Origin: Eledone cirrhosa
Lineage: Eukaryota
Assembly (NCBI GenBank): GCA_964016885.1
Contig: OZ024742.1
Location: forward strand, 101,556,001-101,620,000
Length of the DNA stretch: 64,000 nt
Direction of reading: 5' to 3'
Made by a program: the position numbers and the translations under genes. Within the stretch, counting starts at the first letter, position 1, and each line of letters starts with the position of its first letter. Shown one piece after another: positions 46,130 to 59,169 of the stretch. The notes under the pieces were generated by a model. It was not told the DNA's origin, did not search any database, and saw nothing but the letters and a program-made list of their open reading frames with translations.

Positions 46130-47990
46130 ATCAGCCACTCCACATCATGGAGTTCCTTCCTCAGACAGGCTGTACTCTACTAAATTTTACGGAGAAAACT
46201 GCAGTTCGGGGACTCTGGACACCAGAGATCTTGACGGCGACCGACACAAATAGGAGGAGGCGGTCGGTCAATCCCCATGTTTAGTTAACTTCCCCTCCCT
46301 CGTGTGACGGGCGGCAGCGGCTGGAGTTTTATGGTCAAATAAAGTTTGTACCAGATTAACGATTTAACTCCCTTTAACGGGCGCTCACCATCACTCCGCG
46401 GAACAGGAAGAGTGTCAATGCCATCTGGTCTTTTGCCGTCCCCTCAGTCCAGGCCATGCTTTATGATCTCGTTGAGAGTAGCATGGCGTGTGAGGCGGCC
46501 AGCGTCGTAACGGCACGACAGGGGGTGGAGAGCAAAAGGATCCACAGTGGTACCGCAGCGGCATTTGTGAGGTTCACAGACGCGGAAACTAAGCCTCAGG
46601 GAAACACCGATGCGCAAGCAGTCGCTGTCCAGCTGAATGCCAGTCACACGTGATGGAACTGCGTTGAGCCAGGTACCACAGTGGAGTTGGGAGGATGAGC
46701 GGAAACATGTCAGACGGTGCTGGTCGAGCCGGCATTCCAGTCCGTTTGAAATTATGTTGTAAAGGATGGCGTCCCATTTGTTTTGGAAGAACTGGGCGTC
46801 TACATAGGGGAGGAGGGAATGGATGAGGCTGAGCTGTTTCTGTGTTGCGTAGGCCGCCTCGCGCTCCTCAATCACAGAAGATTCAGTTGTGTTGTGAAGA
46901 ACCTTGTTGATGTGGACATGGAAAGAGGTCACCGACGAAAGGGCCACTGAGACAGGAGACCAAGGGCGCAATATTTGACAATTAACTTGGCTTGCTGCCA
47001 TCCGGTATCGTCAACCCGGACGTTGCATATCCTAGTGAAGTAGGCCGAAATGATGAGGCCTCGGGAATAAGGGTCCAGGGCACCGTGAATGAACTCGTTG
47101 GTGAGGGCCAATATGGGCACATTCGAGGCACGATGTGTCAGGCCGACACAAGAGTTGATGGAAACTGTCGCACGCTGAACTGTCCACGTATCGCCCGCTC
47201 TCGGATAGGTTTGTGGAGACTTCCAGCGTTCTTGGCCCCCGGACCACATCCCTACTCTCATCAGCATCACAAACCCATACCTCACCCATTTTCAAGATAC
47301 CAATCAGTGCCTCAGCTGGAACGACAACGTGGGTGAGGTATGGGTTTGTGATGCTGGTGAGAGTAGGGATGTGGTCCGAGGGCCAAGAACGCTGGAAGTC
47401 TCCACAAACCTATCAGAGAGCGGGCGATACGTGGACAGTTTACCTTCTCCATCCAAGGCTACAGACCGGGACGAGCCTGATAGCCGACAAGTACCGCGAG
47501 GGAAAGTTGAAAAGAACTTTGGAGGGAGAGTGAAACCACCCAAGGTTTAAAAGGGTAGGGTCGTTCACCGCGATCACGAGAGGACTCGGTCCCCTGATGT
47601 AGGGGCGCGGTTATTTGTGAATTAAGATTAGACACGTTCTCCGCCACCAACTTGGTCGCTTCGGCCACAAACCCCGGTACTGCCGCCCGCAATGCAGAGG
47701 AAAGGAAGACAACAAATACCAGGGATTGTCTAGCCGCTTCCTCTTCGCACCGGTCGCTGTCGAGACTTTAGATGTACTCGAACCCCGTACTGCCGAACTC
47801 CTCCGCAAGATCGGAACATCAGCAATCCGTCTGAGAAAGGAGCCCCGCGAGGTGAGGTGGCTGTTGCAGCGGGTGTCGCTGGATATTGGCCGCGGAAATG
47901 CTTTTGTAACTTCGTCCGTGACCCTAAAGCCCTTGCCTTTTCCCTCCGTTTTCGTTTTTAAATATTTGTAGTGTATTTCTAATTATTTTA
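46130..47990. mobile_element. Rearranged CRE-like RLE retrotransposon pieces in both orientations
   Basis: Minus: WLNAVPS..LRIGVSLRL..HKCRCG..HPLSC..RHATLNEII..DGKRPDG; plus: FAPVAVETL..WLLQRVSLDIGRGNA; about 110-bp IR at 47178-47288 and 47330-47440. Confidence 0.8.
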
Positions 47991-48593
47991 TATATTCATT
48001 CATGTATTTACTCATAATTTTATTAAATAAATGTTCAGATGGCAGTAGTCAATGAAATAAGTTGGATCTAGCTACTGAACTGTCTCGTCGATACATCAAT
48101 TACAACGCGACGTTTAACTGAATACATGCATGTCATTCACCTATCTCGTTCACTACATTTCACTCTGTTTTAGTAAATGACACTTGTTGTTATTGTTTTG
48201 TTTTTTTTATTCATTTTCTCCGAAAGTATCGGAATACTTTTTCTCTATATTTCCCCTTTAATAATATTTATTTGCTTAGTTATATCTATCTGTTTAGGCG
48301 GCAAACTCGTAGCATTTGGCAGTTTATCTCATTCATATTGCCACTATTGTGTGTGTATATATGTTTATATAGACACATATATATACATTTATAGTATATA
48401 TATACATACATACATATATATATATACATTTATAATATATATATTATAATATATATATAAGCAAAGCGATATTTAATTTGTTGGTAATTCAACAAATATA
48501 TATATTTATAACTGATTCGAAGCACTCGACAGTTTTCTGGAGTATATTATCAATGATATTAATAAATGGAAACTATATTTATAAAACCATATT

Positions 48594-48654
48594 TATTCTA
48601 TTATATATATTTCAAGGGTACCAAAATTTTGGTACGCTCTCATCAGATAAAATA
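48594..48654 (-). ncRNA. Type I minimal hammerhead, copy A
   Basis: tattttat-CTGATGA-gagcgtaccaaaattttggtaccctt-GAAA-tatata-TA-atagaata. Confidence 0.78.
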
Positions 48655-48752
48655 CAAAGTTTGTTTTATAAAGTTTGTTTTACTATCCAGGTAAAACTTG
48701 AACTGTTAAGATCTCGTTTCTGGATATGTCAATATTTATAAAACAAACTTTG

Positions 48753-48813
48753 TATTTTATCTGATGAGAGTGTACCAAAATTTTGGTACCCTTGAAATAT
48801 ATATGATAGAATC
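48753..48813 (+). ncRNA. Hammerhead copy B (G at cleavage position, probably inactive)
   Basis: tattttat-CTGATGA-gagtgtaccaaaattttggtaccctt-GAAA-tatata-TG-atagaatc. Confidence 0.65.
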
Positions 48814-48819
48814 AATATG

Positions 48820-48861
<42 letters not shown>

Positions 48862-48977
48862 AGCAATGAGTTATTTAATTTGTTGATTATTCAACAAATT
48901 TAGTTTATAACAGATTTGAAGCACTCAATAAGTTTATTAATATTAATAAATGGAAGCTATCTTTATAAAACCATATT

Positions 48978-49038
48978 TATTTTATTATATATATTTCAAG
49001 AGTACCAACATTTTGGTACGCTCTCATCAGATAAAATA
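48978..49038 (-). ncRNA. Type I minimal hammerhead, copy C
   Basis: tattttat-CTGATGA-gagcgtaccaaaatgttggtactctt-GAAA-tatata-TA-ataaaata; perfect 8-bp stem I. Confidence 0.8.
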
Positions 49039-49862
49039 CAAAAGTTGGTTTACAGATAGTGACATATTCAAACTAGAACTTAATGTTGTGAGATCTAAAC
49101 ATTAAGTTCTAGTTTGAATATGGTTTTATAAAGATAGCTTCCATTTATTAATATTATTGATATATATATATATATATATATATATCGCAAATGCATTCGC
49201 ATTCATCAGTTGTTCTGAAAATGAAATTTGTTTTTCATTGTTAATTAGCCTAGTGTAGTTTTGGTGATTCTTTTCAAATAACCGACTATTTCAGCGTTTC
49301 TTTTTTAGTTCTGACTCTTTATTTTTTAAATGCCTCGTACCTCGTGGGGCTCCTCGCCAGAAGTGATGATGGTGTACTGATTGGCACAGTCCCTCTACCA
49401 TCGTCGAAATCGACGGAGGTCCATTCCACCAGTTTCCTCGGAAACGTCTAATCAAAAGAAATCAATGCTAGTTTTGCATGAAACATTGGATTTACAATAT
49501 CGAATAAATATATATTTGCTAGTTTAATGTACAATTTAAAGAGGATTTTTTTTATTTTTTATATAAGATCGCCTTGTAAGGTATGTTTGGTATGTTTAAG
49601 AAAAGATTCATTAAAATGTTCAAGGGCGTTAATATGTAATGAAAACTTATATTTAGCATTGAAGTCGTCAGCTCCATTCTGGTATGGTTTCTATAACTGG
49701 ATGTCTTTCCTACAGCCAACCACTTATAATAATAATGAAATTATTGTGTACAGTGCTCAGGTACACTACAATTCATCTAAGGTGCATGTATAGTACATAG
49801 AATAATGTACAACTGTCAGGAAAGTGAACAGGTATTTACCGAGAAGCTATCTTTATAAAACA

Positions 49863-49923
49863 TATTTTATTATATATATTTCAAGAGTACCAAAATGTTG
49901 GTACGTTCTCATCAGATAAAATA
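49863..49923 (-). ncRNA. Type I minimal hammerhead, copy D
   Basis: tattttat-CTGATGA-gaacgtaccaacattttggtactctt-GAAA-tatata-TA-ataaaata. Confidence 0.75.
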
Positions 49924-50163
49924 TAAAAGTTGGTTTACAGATAGTGACATGTTCAAAGATTCATTAAAATTTTCAAGGGCGTTAATATGTAATGAAAACT
50001 TATATTTAACATTGAAGTCGTCAGCTCCATTCTGGTGCGTGTTATCGTAGTACCGCCATTACTACTTGATACAAATTGTATTTGATAAAATATATTTCTA
50101 AAATAAAATAAAATACTATAACTATCAACCATAATAATTACGTCCCGTATCTGTATATTTATA

Positions 50164-50262
50164 TAGTGTTCCCCCAAAATGTATACACACTTTGATTACC
50201 TGTACCGGCAATATTTATTAGAATGCTGTTGAAGTGTGTATATATTTTGGGTGGACACCCTG
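50164..50262. mobile_element. Tc1/mariner-type MITE, about 100 bp
   Basis: Right end ggacaccctg|ta, imperfect IR caaaatgtatacacacttt / aagtgtgtatatattttg, TA flanks. Confidence 0.6.
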
Positions 50263-52149
50263 TATATCCAATCACAAGGTCCTGCGTTCTAACCCTAAAT
50301 TTGTCCCTGTAAATAGTTATTTCTCGAAAGTTACTCACACTTTTAATTCTGTATGGTTTTGCACACACATAAAGAACAATTTATTAATATATTCTTAACC
50401 TTAGTCACTTCTGTGTTTATGTAAATATATCCTAAAAATAGATTATTAAAATATTTATACCTTGAATCACTTCCACATGTCAGTAATCAACATAGGCTAT
50501 AAGGTTTCTCTTATGCAAACCATTATTTTATTAAAACTAAAATTTCCCAGTTTGTATGGTTGTTCATATATCTGGTAATACTGGTATATATGACATACCA
50601 ATCCTGGACACCCCCAAATGAAATACCTTTAACTCTATTGCCGTGACTATTGATGTCACTGGGTCCACTAGTACGTATATAAAATTCCAGAGCTGTATTT
50701 CTAAGTTATATTACTATTCTTAAATATTATGACTGAGACCAGTAAATGCGCAACAAAATTTGTTTTAATTAGTTCGAATACAATAAAACGGATGATTCTA
50801 CTCTAGAAAACGATTGTGTATATACTGTTTGATTTGTGATGTTTAACATAATTGTACTGTCTCATTATAAACCTTAATAGTTGTTTCTATTTTGGGCACA
50901 AGGCTAGCAATTATCCAGTGCATTACTGGTACTTTATTTCAAGGATGAATGGCAAAGTTAACCTCGGCAGGATTTGAACTCGGATCGTAAAGGGACGTAA
51001 CCAGTCATCATATACATATTCTATCTTTGTATGGGTTGTCAAACATTTTTTCCTCAGTAACTCAGTAAATTAAGATTTTTTATTTAACTCTTAACATCTT
51101 GCAATGATTTAAGCAGAAAATATCTAAAAACGGGTTTGTAATTTAAATACTTGTAGTATCTTTACTGGTAGACTACCAGTAAAGACACTACACATTATCG
51201 TTTGCAGTGTTATCTCTTAACGTCCTGCAATGATCTAGCAGAAAATATCTAAAAACGGGTTTGTTAATTGAAATGTGTGTAGTATCTTTACTAAGGGCAG
51301 GTCATTGTGAAAATTAGCACCAAACTAAAGACTAATTTTTAATGTCATGCAGTTTTAGCGTGGTTCTGTACCTTCCAAGGTTGTCTTACTAATGCGGTTT
51401 CATCTTAATCAATCAATTCAGATTTAGCAAATAACCTTGCTGTTGTTTTTTTTTAAGAAATGAGTTTGTAAAATATTGTGAGCATTGTCAATTATCTCTA
51501 CCTGATATGACAATTAAGATTGGGTGGAATACAACCAGTTGTATTGAATATATAAATACAACTGCTTAATATTCTATTTTAACAACAGACAGTAATTTGG
51601 CAACAAATAAATAGAAACTACACAAGAAAAAATAAATGTTCACACATTATATATTTAAAAAATCATATATAAAGAACGTGTGGCTTAAAACAGATGCATA
51701 ATTAGTAATTAGTGTCAGCCTTTTTCATTACCATATTTCTAATGAAAGACATTGCCTATGGTTCTCAAATGATTTTTAAAATAATCAAGAATTTCGAAGA
51801 ATTGTAAGTTTCTCATCATTAAGTTGGTTTTTGGAACTTAACAAAGATTCTAACGTAAAATTACGTATGATGGAAGGTTTTTCGGATAAATATAAATACT
51901 TTAATACAAATTAGCATCATTGAACCAGGAGTGGATTCAGTTGGTTTAGTGTAAAAAATATGTTTAGGAATGATCACGGAAAGTAAGGCAATGGGTTGAC
52001 AGTATTGATAGACCATTGGATAAAATGCATTTGTAGTATTTATCCTGACTCTTTACATTCTGAAGTCAACTTGCCTTTTATCCTTCTTGGGTTGATAAAA
52101 TAAAGTACCTGAGCACTGTACACAATAATTTTCATTATTACGGGTGGTG

Positions 52150-52328
52150 CGGTGGATTGGCAGTATCGGTAGAGAGTCGGATGCCATGCTTTCCAGGATA
52201 GTTAACGATCTGAGTTCAAATGCCGCCGAGGTTGACTTTGCCTTTCATCCTTACGGGTCGATAAAATAAAGTACCAGTAATGCACTGGGTAATTGCTGGC
52301 CTTGTGCCAAAAGTAGAAACAATTATTA
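52150..52328 (+). mobile_element. Nin-domain SINE
   Basis: Near-identical to 44753-44942. Confidence 0.85.
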
Positions 52329-53606
52329 GCAGAAAGCAGGCATTCTATGTATATATTCTAAACTTCATCATTCGTGTTATTTTCTTCATTCAAGAGAATC
52401 TAGAGTAATGACAAACAAAAATTGATATATTGTCAGCGTGAAGACAGATCTTTTCCACCCCTTTATATATATATATATATATATGAAGATCCCGTTAAGT
52501 GTGAAAGCAGCGATTCTTTGCTTAAACTTTAATCTGTTATTTTAATAAATATGTGCGCGCGCGCGCGCACTTACACGCTGTATGGACTCGTGTAAGAGTG
52601 AACCCCTTATTTTTAGCCCCAACATTTGTATTTTTTCATGATTCATACAAAAGTACAAAAAAGGCATTATCCTGAACAGGATTTACAAAAGAAACAAATC
52701 AATGAAAAAAAAAATATGCTATACACCATTCATTAGCGTTTACATTACTTTTTATCTGTTGGTTAAATATAAACATGGAAAATTGTTTCGTCATTTCTTC
52801 CAAGTTCATGTTGATAATGAATTATGTCAATCAGGATAACATCAGAATTGTTTTTATGGAAATCTAATCTTATTTCTATAACTAAGAATCTTTTTAAAAA
52901 ATAAGGAAAGAGAGACAGACAGAGAAAGACGAAAAAGGAAGTTTGCTTCTGTGCAGATGCTGTTTACTTGGATCCATAGGATTTATACCTGTTCCATTTA
53001 TTAATACTAAACTCACTGGTGTGTTGGAATGGGTCCAATAAATATTCACTAAAATTTCTTCACTTGACCAGCTGCACTACCTAGAGCAAATATAAAACAC
53101 TATGTATTTAGGTGTTGGATATGTACTGTCTATCTTACGGTTCAAAGGGTTTTTTAAACATCCAACTACTTGAGTCAGAGAAACTATTAACCCTTTTGTG
53201 ACTACATTTCTGATGAAAAACACTGCTAATGTTTCAGTTAATTTTGATTATAATGGTTTCAGATTTAGGCACAAGGCTAGCATTTTTTTTTTTTGGGGGG
53301 GGGGGGGGGGGTTTAATTTAAATAATTAGCATTTTAAAACATGTGGTGGTCAGGGGTTTGGAAACATCTTTTCATGAGATCTCAGGATAACAACAACACC
53401 TCAATTGCATTTTCATTGACCAAAAGCCAGTATGAAATAAACAGATATTATATTCTCTAGATTTAGTTTTATCAATTTTACTTCCTTGTAGATTTTTATC
53501 TGCAAGGAAACATTAATCTTTTTAACATCAAAATCTCAATATAACATGAATATAATGAGATTTTAGTTGATCATTAGGTTTTAGTTGATCATTAGATTTT
53601 AGTTGA

Positions 53607-54207
53607 TGTAGGCGGGAAGCCGCTAGAATTGATTGAGGACTTCCTGTATTTGGGAGCAAAGATTGGGAATACGGAAGATGATGTGGTTGAGAGGAAGAGC
53701 AAGGCCTGGGTGGCGTGCCACAGCTTGAGATCGGTGTGGAAGTCGGACCTTCGTAGAGACCTGAAAATCCGCCTCTTCATTGCTGTAGTGGAGTCTGTGC
53801 TGCTGTATGGGTCTGAGACTTGGACACTGACCAAGAAACTCACTCAGATGGTGGATGGGTGCTACACGAGAATGCTGAGGATGGCTCTGAACATTAATCA
53901 GTATACACTGAGGATGAAAAACTCAGAGCTGTATGGGAGCATCCCAAAAGTCAGCTCAAAAGTGACACAGAGGAGACTGAGGTTAGCTGGACATGCTCAC
54001 CGACATCCGGAGTTGACATTGCACTCAGTGCTCCTTTGGGAGCCCCTACATGGACACACTAGAAGAGGAAGACCAAGGTTAACGTATGTTGATGCCCTAA
54101 GGACAGACACTGGTCTGTTGGAGACGCGGGTCATGGCAGCGATAATGAGGGACAGAGACCGCTGGAGAGAACTCGTCCATGGATCTCGGGAATTTTACCT
54201 GCCTTAG
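53607..54207 (+). mobile_element. 5'-truncated copy of the 2380-4130 RTE-like family, with TSD
   Basis: ORF 53629-54207 is nearly identical to 3530-4120; flanked by ttagttgat on both sides. Confidence 0.92.
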
Positions 54208-54547
54208 ATTAGTTGATCAACACCAACATGTTATATATCTATGTACCTGTAACTGCTGATTAAGTTGTCAGGGCGCTATCATGACAGCGTATTTTGGACA
54301 TTTTAAACCTGGTGAAACCTATCCGCTATTTAGGTCTGAACACAACTGATTTTCTTCCAGAGAAGGAGAGAGGGAAATAATCAATGATGATGATGATGAT
54401 AAGTACTGGACTGGTACTATATTTATCAACCTTGAAAGGACATGTAATCACAGAAGTAGTGTGTAGCTGTGGGTTGAGAACCTATTTACACAATATTTCA
54501 TCACTAGGTGCGATAATCGACTGCACCTCACACCTTAGGAGTTAGCT

Positions 54548-54710
54548 ACACACGCAGCATTACCACGGGTGATGGCGAGGCTAAGGCGCTGAAATAACCT
54601 AGCACCCTCACGGGCATCACTCGACAGTTTAGTAAGGTGAGCCGCCGGTGATGGCAACAACTTCACTGTCAGCGGCTCATCCCCACCGAACATCTCGAAC
54701 GAACGCCATA
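54548..54710 (-). mobile_element. CRE-like RLE C-terminal fragment
   Basis: Similar to 36430-36590 (LFQRLSLAITRGNAA). Confidence 0.65.
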
Positions 54711-55953
54711 TAATAATTTATTCTCCACAGTAACTGTTGTCAAATTGCAGTTCACAGACCACATATGTCTTATTAATAATATTCAGAAATATGTTCCCTA
54801 AAAACTCATTTTGGCTTATCATTAATATAAAAGTTTTAAAAACATGTGAAAAGTATCATTTAGTGTGTATGCATTAAGTTTGGCTACCTTTGCGTATTTT
54901 TGTACAACATTTACCAAGACAACAAAGACTTCATTTTAAAGATATCAGGAAATATAACCCGAAATCAAAAAGGTAGCGAATTAAAACAACTGTGATGAAA
55001 TATTTTTGTTATAGGTTTGTTAATGTTAAATGGTCCATTGCAAATTATAATCATTGAATGTTTTAAAGACATGGGTTTAGCCATTTTGATACCTGAAACT
55101 GCCTTGAAATTTAAAATGTTTATCCTTAGTTTTATTTTTAAAATGTTTCCTAAGTAATGTTCTAAATATCAGCTTAATAAAGAAAAACTTAATTATTTCA
55201 TTAAATTGCTCTAAATGTTTTATTTTCAAAATGAATTGAAACACATAGGAAGTGTATTTCATTAGAAATACAGTAGGGAAGGTAACAGACTTTAATTTTT
55301 AATGTAATACAGTCATAATACTTTTCAAAAATGTCTTTCTAACACAGTTTCATGTACAGGGTATTAATAATTAATGATGCCTTACTCTAAAACTTCTATG
55401 TTATATCATCTTGTGAGTGGTGGCTTGATCATCATATGTTTGAGAATAAGAAGTATGAATTACTATCACTTGTTTCCTACATGGCAGGTATTCTGAGGAT
55501 GATCACAATACACACACCCAGTATGCTCTGTAAAGTTGGTGAAAGGGAGAGCGTTCAATTGTAGAAAACCTGCTAAACAAAGAGTTTGAAGGACACTTCA
55601 GACATGACAACCTCTTTAGTGGTTCTACCATGATAAAATGCACTTGGTAACACGCAGAATCGTATGTAAATAGATGCTGGCCCCCAGCCTTTCAGTACAG
55701 TTGATAGAGTGCAGGAATGCATCTGAGCAGTCAGTAGTTTCACATCAATACTGACCAGTCTGTAGTAAGTTGTCCAACTCTTTCTAGCAGGGAAAATAAA
55801 CATTAACTGATAATTATGATTATGATAATGATGATGATAGCATGCTTTGCTGTATTTATTGTGATTCTCTGCATTCTGACTTCAAATCTTGCTAAGACTT
55901 AACCTTTCACTTTTATAGGGTTGATAGATTACCAGTCAGATACTGGAGTTCAT

Positions 55954-56199
<246 letters not shown>

Positions 56200-56499
56200 A
56201 CAGAACTAGAAAAGGATGGGCTCTGCCAGATTTAGATACTAAAGACATGCTGTATGTCATGGTGGGCACATCCAGAAGGAAGCAATGCATGGCTTACATG
56301 CACTGGCCTTGGGCACATGCCGTTCTCCCAGATGAAAATATAAAAAAAGGGGGGAAGATCTATAAGAAAGTTTTCTCTTGAGGTGCCAAATTATATATTT
56401 GGTTAGTTTTTGTTATTTTCTACTCTGATAGGATTGTGGCAATTATTGTTCAATATTCTTCTGTAGACCAGATTAGACTTTATAAACAAGACTAAAATG

Positions 56500-56695
56500 T
56501 GGGGTGGATTAGCAGAATCATTAGAACATCAAAGAAAATGCTGTGCAGCATTTGTAACAACTCTTTACATTCTGAGGTCAACTTTGCCTTTCATCCTTCT
56601 GGGTTTGATAAAATAAAGTACCAGTGAAGTACTAGGGTCAATATAATTGACTTTCTTTTCCTCCCCCAAATTGCTGGCCTTGTGCCTAAATCTCA
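56500..56695 (+). mobile_element. Diverged Nin-domain SINE
   Basis: gaggtcaactttgcctttcatcc..gataaaataaagtaccagt core. Confidence 0.7.
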
Positions 56696-57638
56696 TTATA
56701 GAAATCATTAATTAATAAGTAAATAAGCAGTGCTAAAGACCTTTCACCTTCCCCATAACTTCAACTATAGATTAGTGATAACTTGGTGCATTTGATATGG
56801 ATAGTATTCAGTACATTGGTATTTAAATGGCAAAAATTTATAAGGGCAGTGCCCCAGCATGGCCTCAGCCAGATGGCTGGAACAGGTAAAAGAGTATATG
56901 GATCTGTAATTCCTGATGGAATCATGTTGGTAGTTCAATATTCTACAGAAGAATATCAGGCCCATCCCCTCACCAGGTCTGATCACAGCTAATTTCTTCC
57001 AGAGAAGAAGTGTGATAGGAAGTTAGAAAGTGATATAGAAGAAGAACCTAGACTGATACTAAATTTATCACCCTCTAAAAGTTGAAAGGCAAAGTTGACC
57101 AAGGTGAGATTGGAACTCATAGTGGAAAGAGGTGGAACAAATACCACCAAATATTCTATCCAGCATTCTTACAACTCTGCTAATTTAACACCTCTACAAT
57201 TAATTACAGCCTAATAAATATTTTGTATTCTGTTCTATTTCGGGACACTATCCATATAATTCCAATGAATTGTAATCCTAAAGAGAAAAGAATGGGGTAA
57301 TGTGCTTTGTAAAGAAGTAAGGGCACAGATTCATTCATGAAAGGCAGGTGTATCAAATAGGTTTGGCTGGGAAATCTTTGAGCTATCATCTGTAAATATA
57401 AGTTATTTGTTAAAGAAGTTCTTTTAGCAACATTTTTTTTTTGTGTTATTATATTTGCTTTCTTTGCTTGCCACCATCATCAACACAATGTTTATTTTGC
57501 ATGCTTGCCTGGTTTAGATGGGTTGTCGTATGAAGCTAGTCAGGTCAGGTGGCCATATCTTGTCCATAATACATTCCAGTTTTTTTTTAATAGCAAAATA
57601 TTACTGAATCTTTTATTTTCTATTTTTTCAAATTGTAG

Positions 57639-57731
57639 CATGACCACCGAGCTGTTCCTTCTATGGCTGATTTTGAAAGGAAGTTGTCAGAGTCCGATGT
57701 TTATCTACAGATCCTTATTGAGCAAGTGAAG
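57639..57731 (+). CDS. OSBPL9: OSBPL9 homologue, post-PH exon (93 nt, phase 0 to 0)
   Basis: Acceptor ttttttcaaattgtag; [31 protein letters not shown]; donor gtgagt. Matches ORP9 [26 protein letters not shown]. Confidence 0.9.
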
Positions 57732-58166
57732 GTGAGTTTATTTGGTTTTCTCCTATAAAACAGTCTACTTTAGATATTTTTTCACTGTTTCAGGTAATAG
57801 AATAATTAGATGTTATATTGAGTTTGTTTGCTTGTTTTTTAAGAGAATTTTGAACCAGAAGCTTGAAGCTGTTTTCCTAGAATGTTCCCCCTCTGCCTTC
57901 TTTCTGTGATAAACAATAGCAGATCATTGTGCCTTACTATATTTCTTTGGTATATTCAGGTGTTGACAGAAATTTTAATGTTTAGTTAACTTTTGTTTCT
58001 TTTTTTAAATATTTCATCTATGTTCACTTTCGTCATTTCATGTCCACTTTTCCATGCTGGCATAGGTTGGACATGTTCTCTCCAGCATAGCCTCTTCTAT
58101 CATTTCTTTGTCATCTCCTCTGTGTGGTTTTGTGTTTAAAGATGAGCTTTGTCCACCTCTGTTAAG

Positions 58167-58212
<46 letters not shown>

Positions 58213-59169
58213 TGATGTGCTGTATTATCCAACTACAGCAACTCTTGAGTCCTGGTTTCTTTACTTCTTTCTTCCATCAGTTTTAGAGTCTTAACACTGC
58301 TCTTCTTCCTCTAAACTAAGATAGAAAGTCTTTTCTTGGTAATTTTCACTTGGGCTAGTTTTTTTTTTACCATAGAGCTAGATTGACCCAAGCCAATTGA
58401 GTGAAAGTGGGTTGACAGATATTGTGTGCAGATGGATTGTACATGTAATTCAAATGTCCAGCTTTGTCACATAGTGAATCAGCTTATTCCTGAGGATTAT
58501 GTTATGGGTTCATGTGCCTGTGGAATATTCAGCTATTTACATTCTAATCCAGTTGATTAAACAACTGAATATTCATCATTGAAACTGATTGAGATCCATA
58601 TATGTAATTAAGTTATGTGAGAAAGCTTGCTTTCTAAGTTTGTTACATAGTTTTCTAAATAAGTTAATGATATTACGATTAATTAATGAAGAAATTTTGA
58701 AGGATTTACTGAAATTACTAATTATTTCATTAAGATAAGATAATAACTTAACGTGTTCTGATATAAAATTATGTTGAGAGGTTTTAATTTAAATAGGAGC
58801 CCTTTAAAATGGGTGGTTTTGTTTCATAGAACCAGAGCCAGTTGCGGTTGGGTTGTTATCAAAAGAGTTAACACATTTATAGATTATTTGTTTTTATTTT
58901 GTTGACTTTGGCTGGCTTCTCCCTAATATTATACATCTTTGTATGTGAGAAAAGTGAAGGTCAGTCAAGCATCTTTTGCATTAATCTTTCATCTCTACTG
59001 TCCATTAAAAACACAGACATTCACTTCCATCCTCACCCCAGTTGTACTCTTGTCAGACTATTAAGCATATTAAGTTTAACCCTTTTGATACCAACCTGCC
59101 CAAAACAATCTCTATTAAAGTGTTCAAATATAAATTTAAACTTTGGACTGAAATCTCAATGTAGTATAC

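Noticed and set aside
47250-47270. CTGATGAGAG on the minus strand
   Set aside because: Lies in CRE-like coding sequence with no GAAA or stems.
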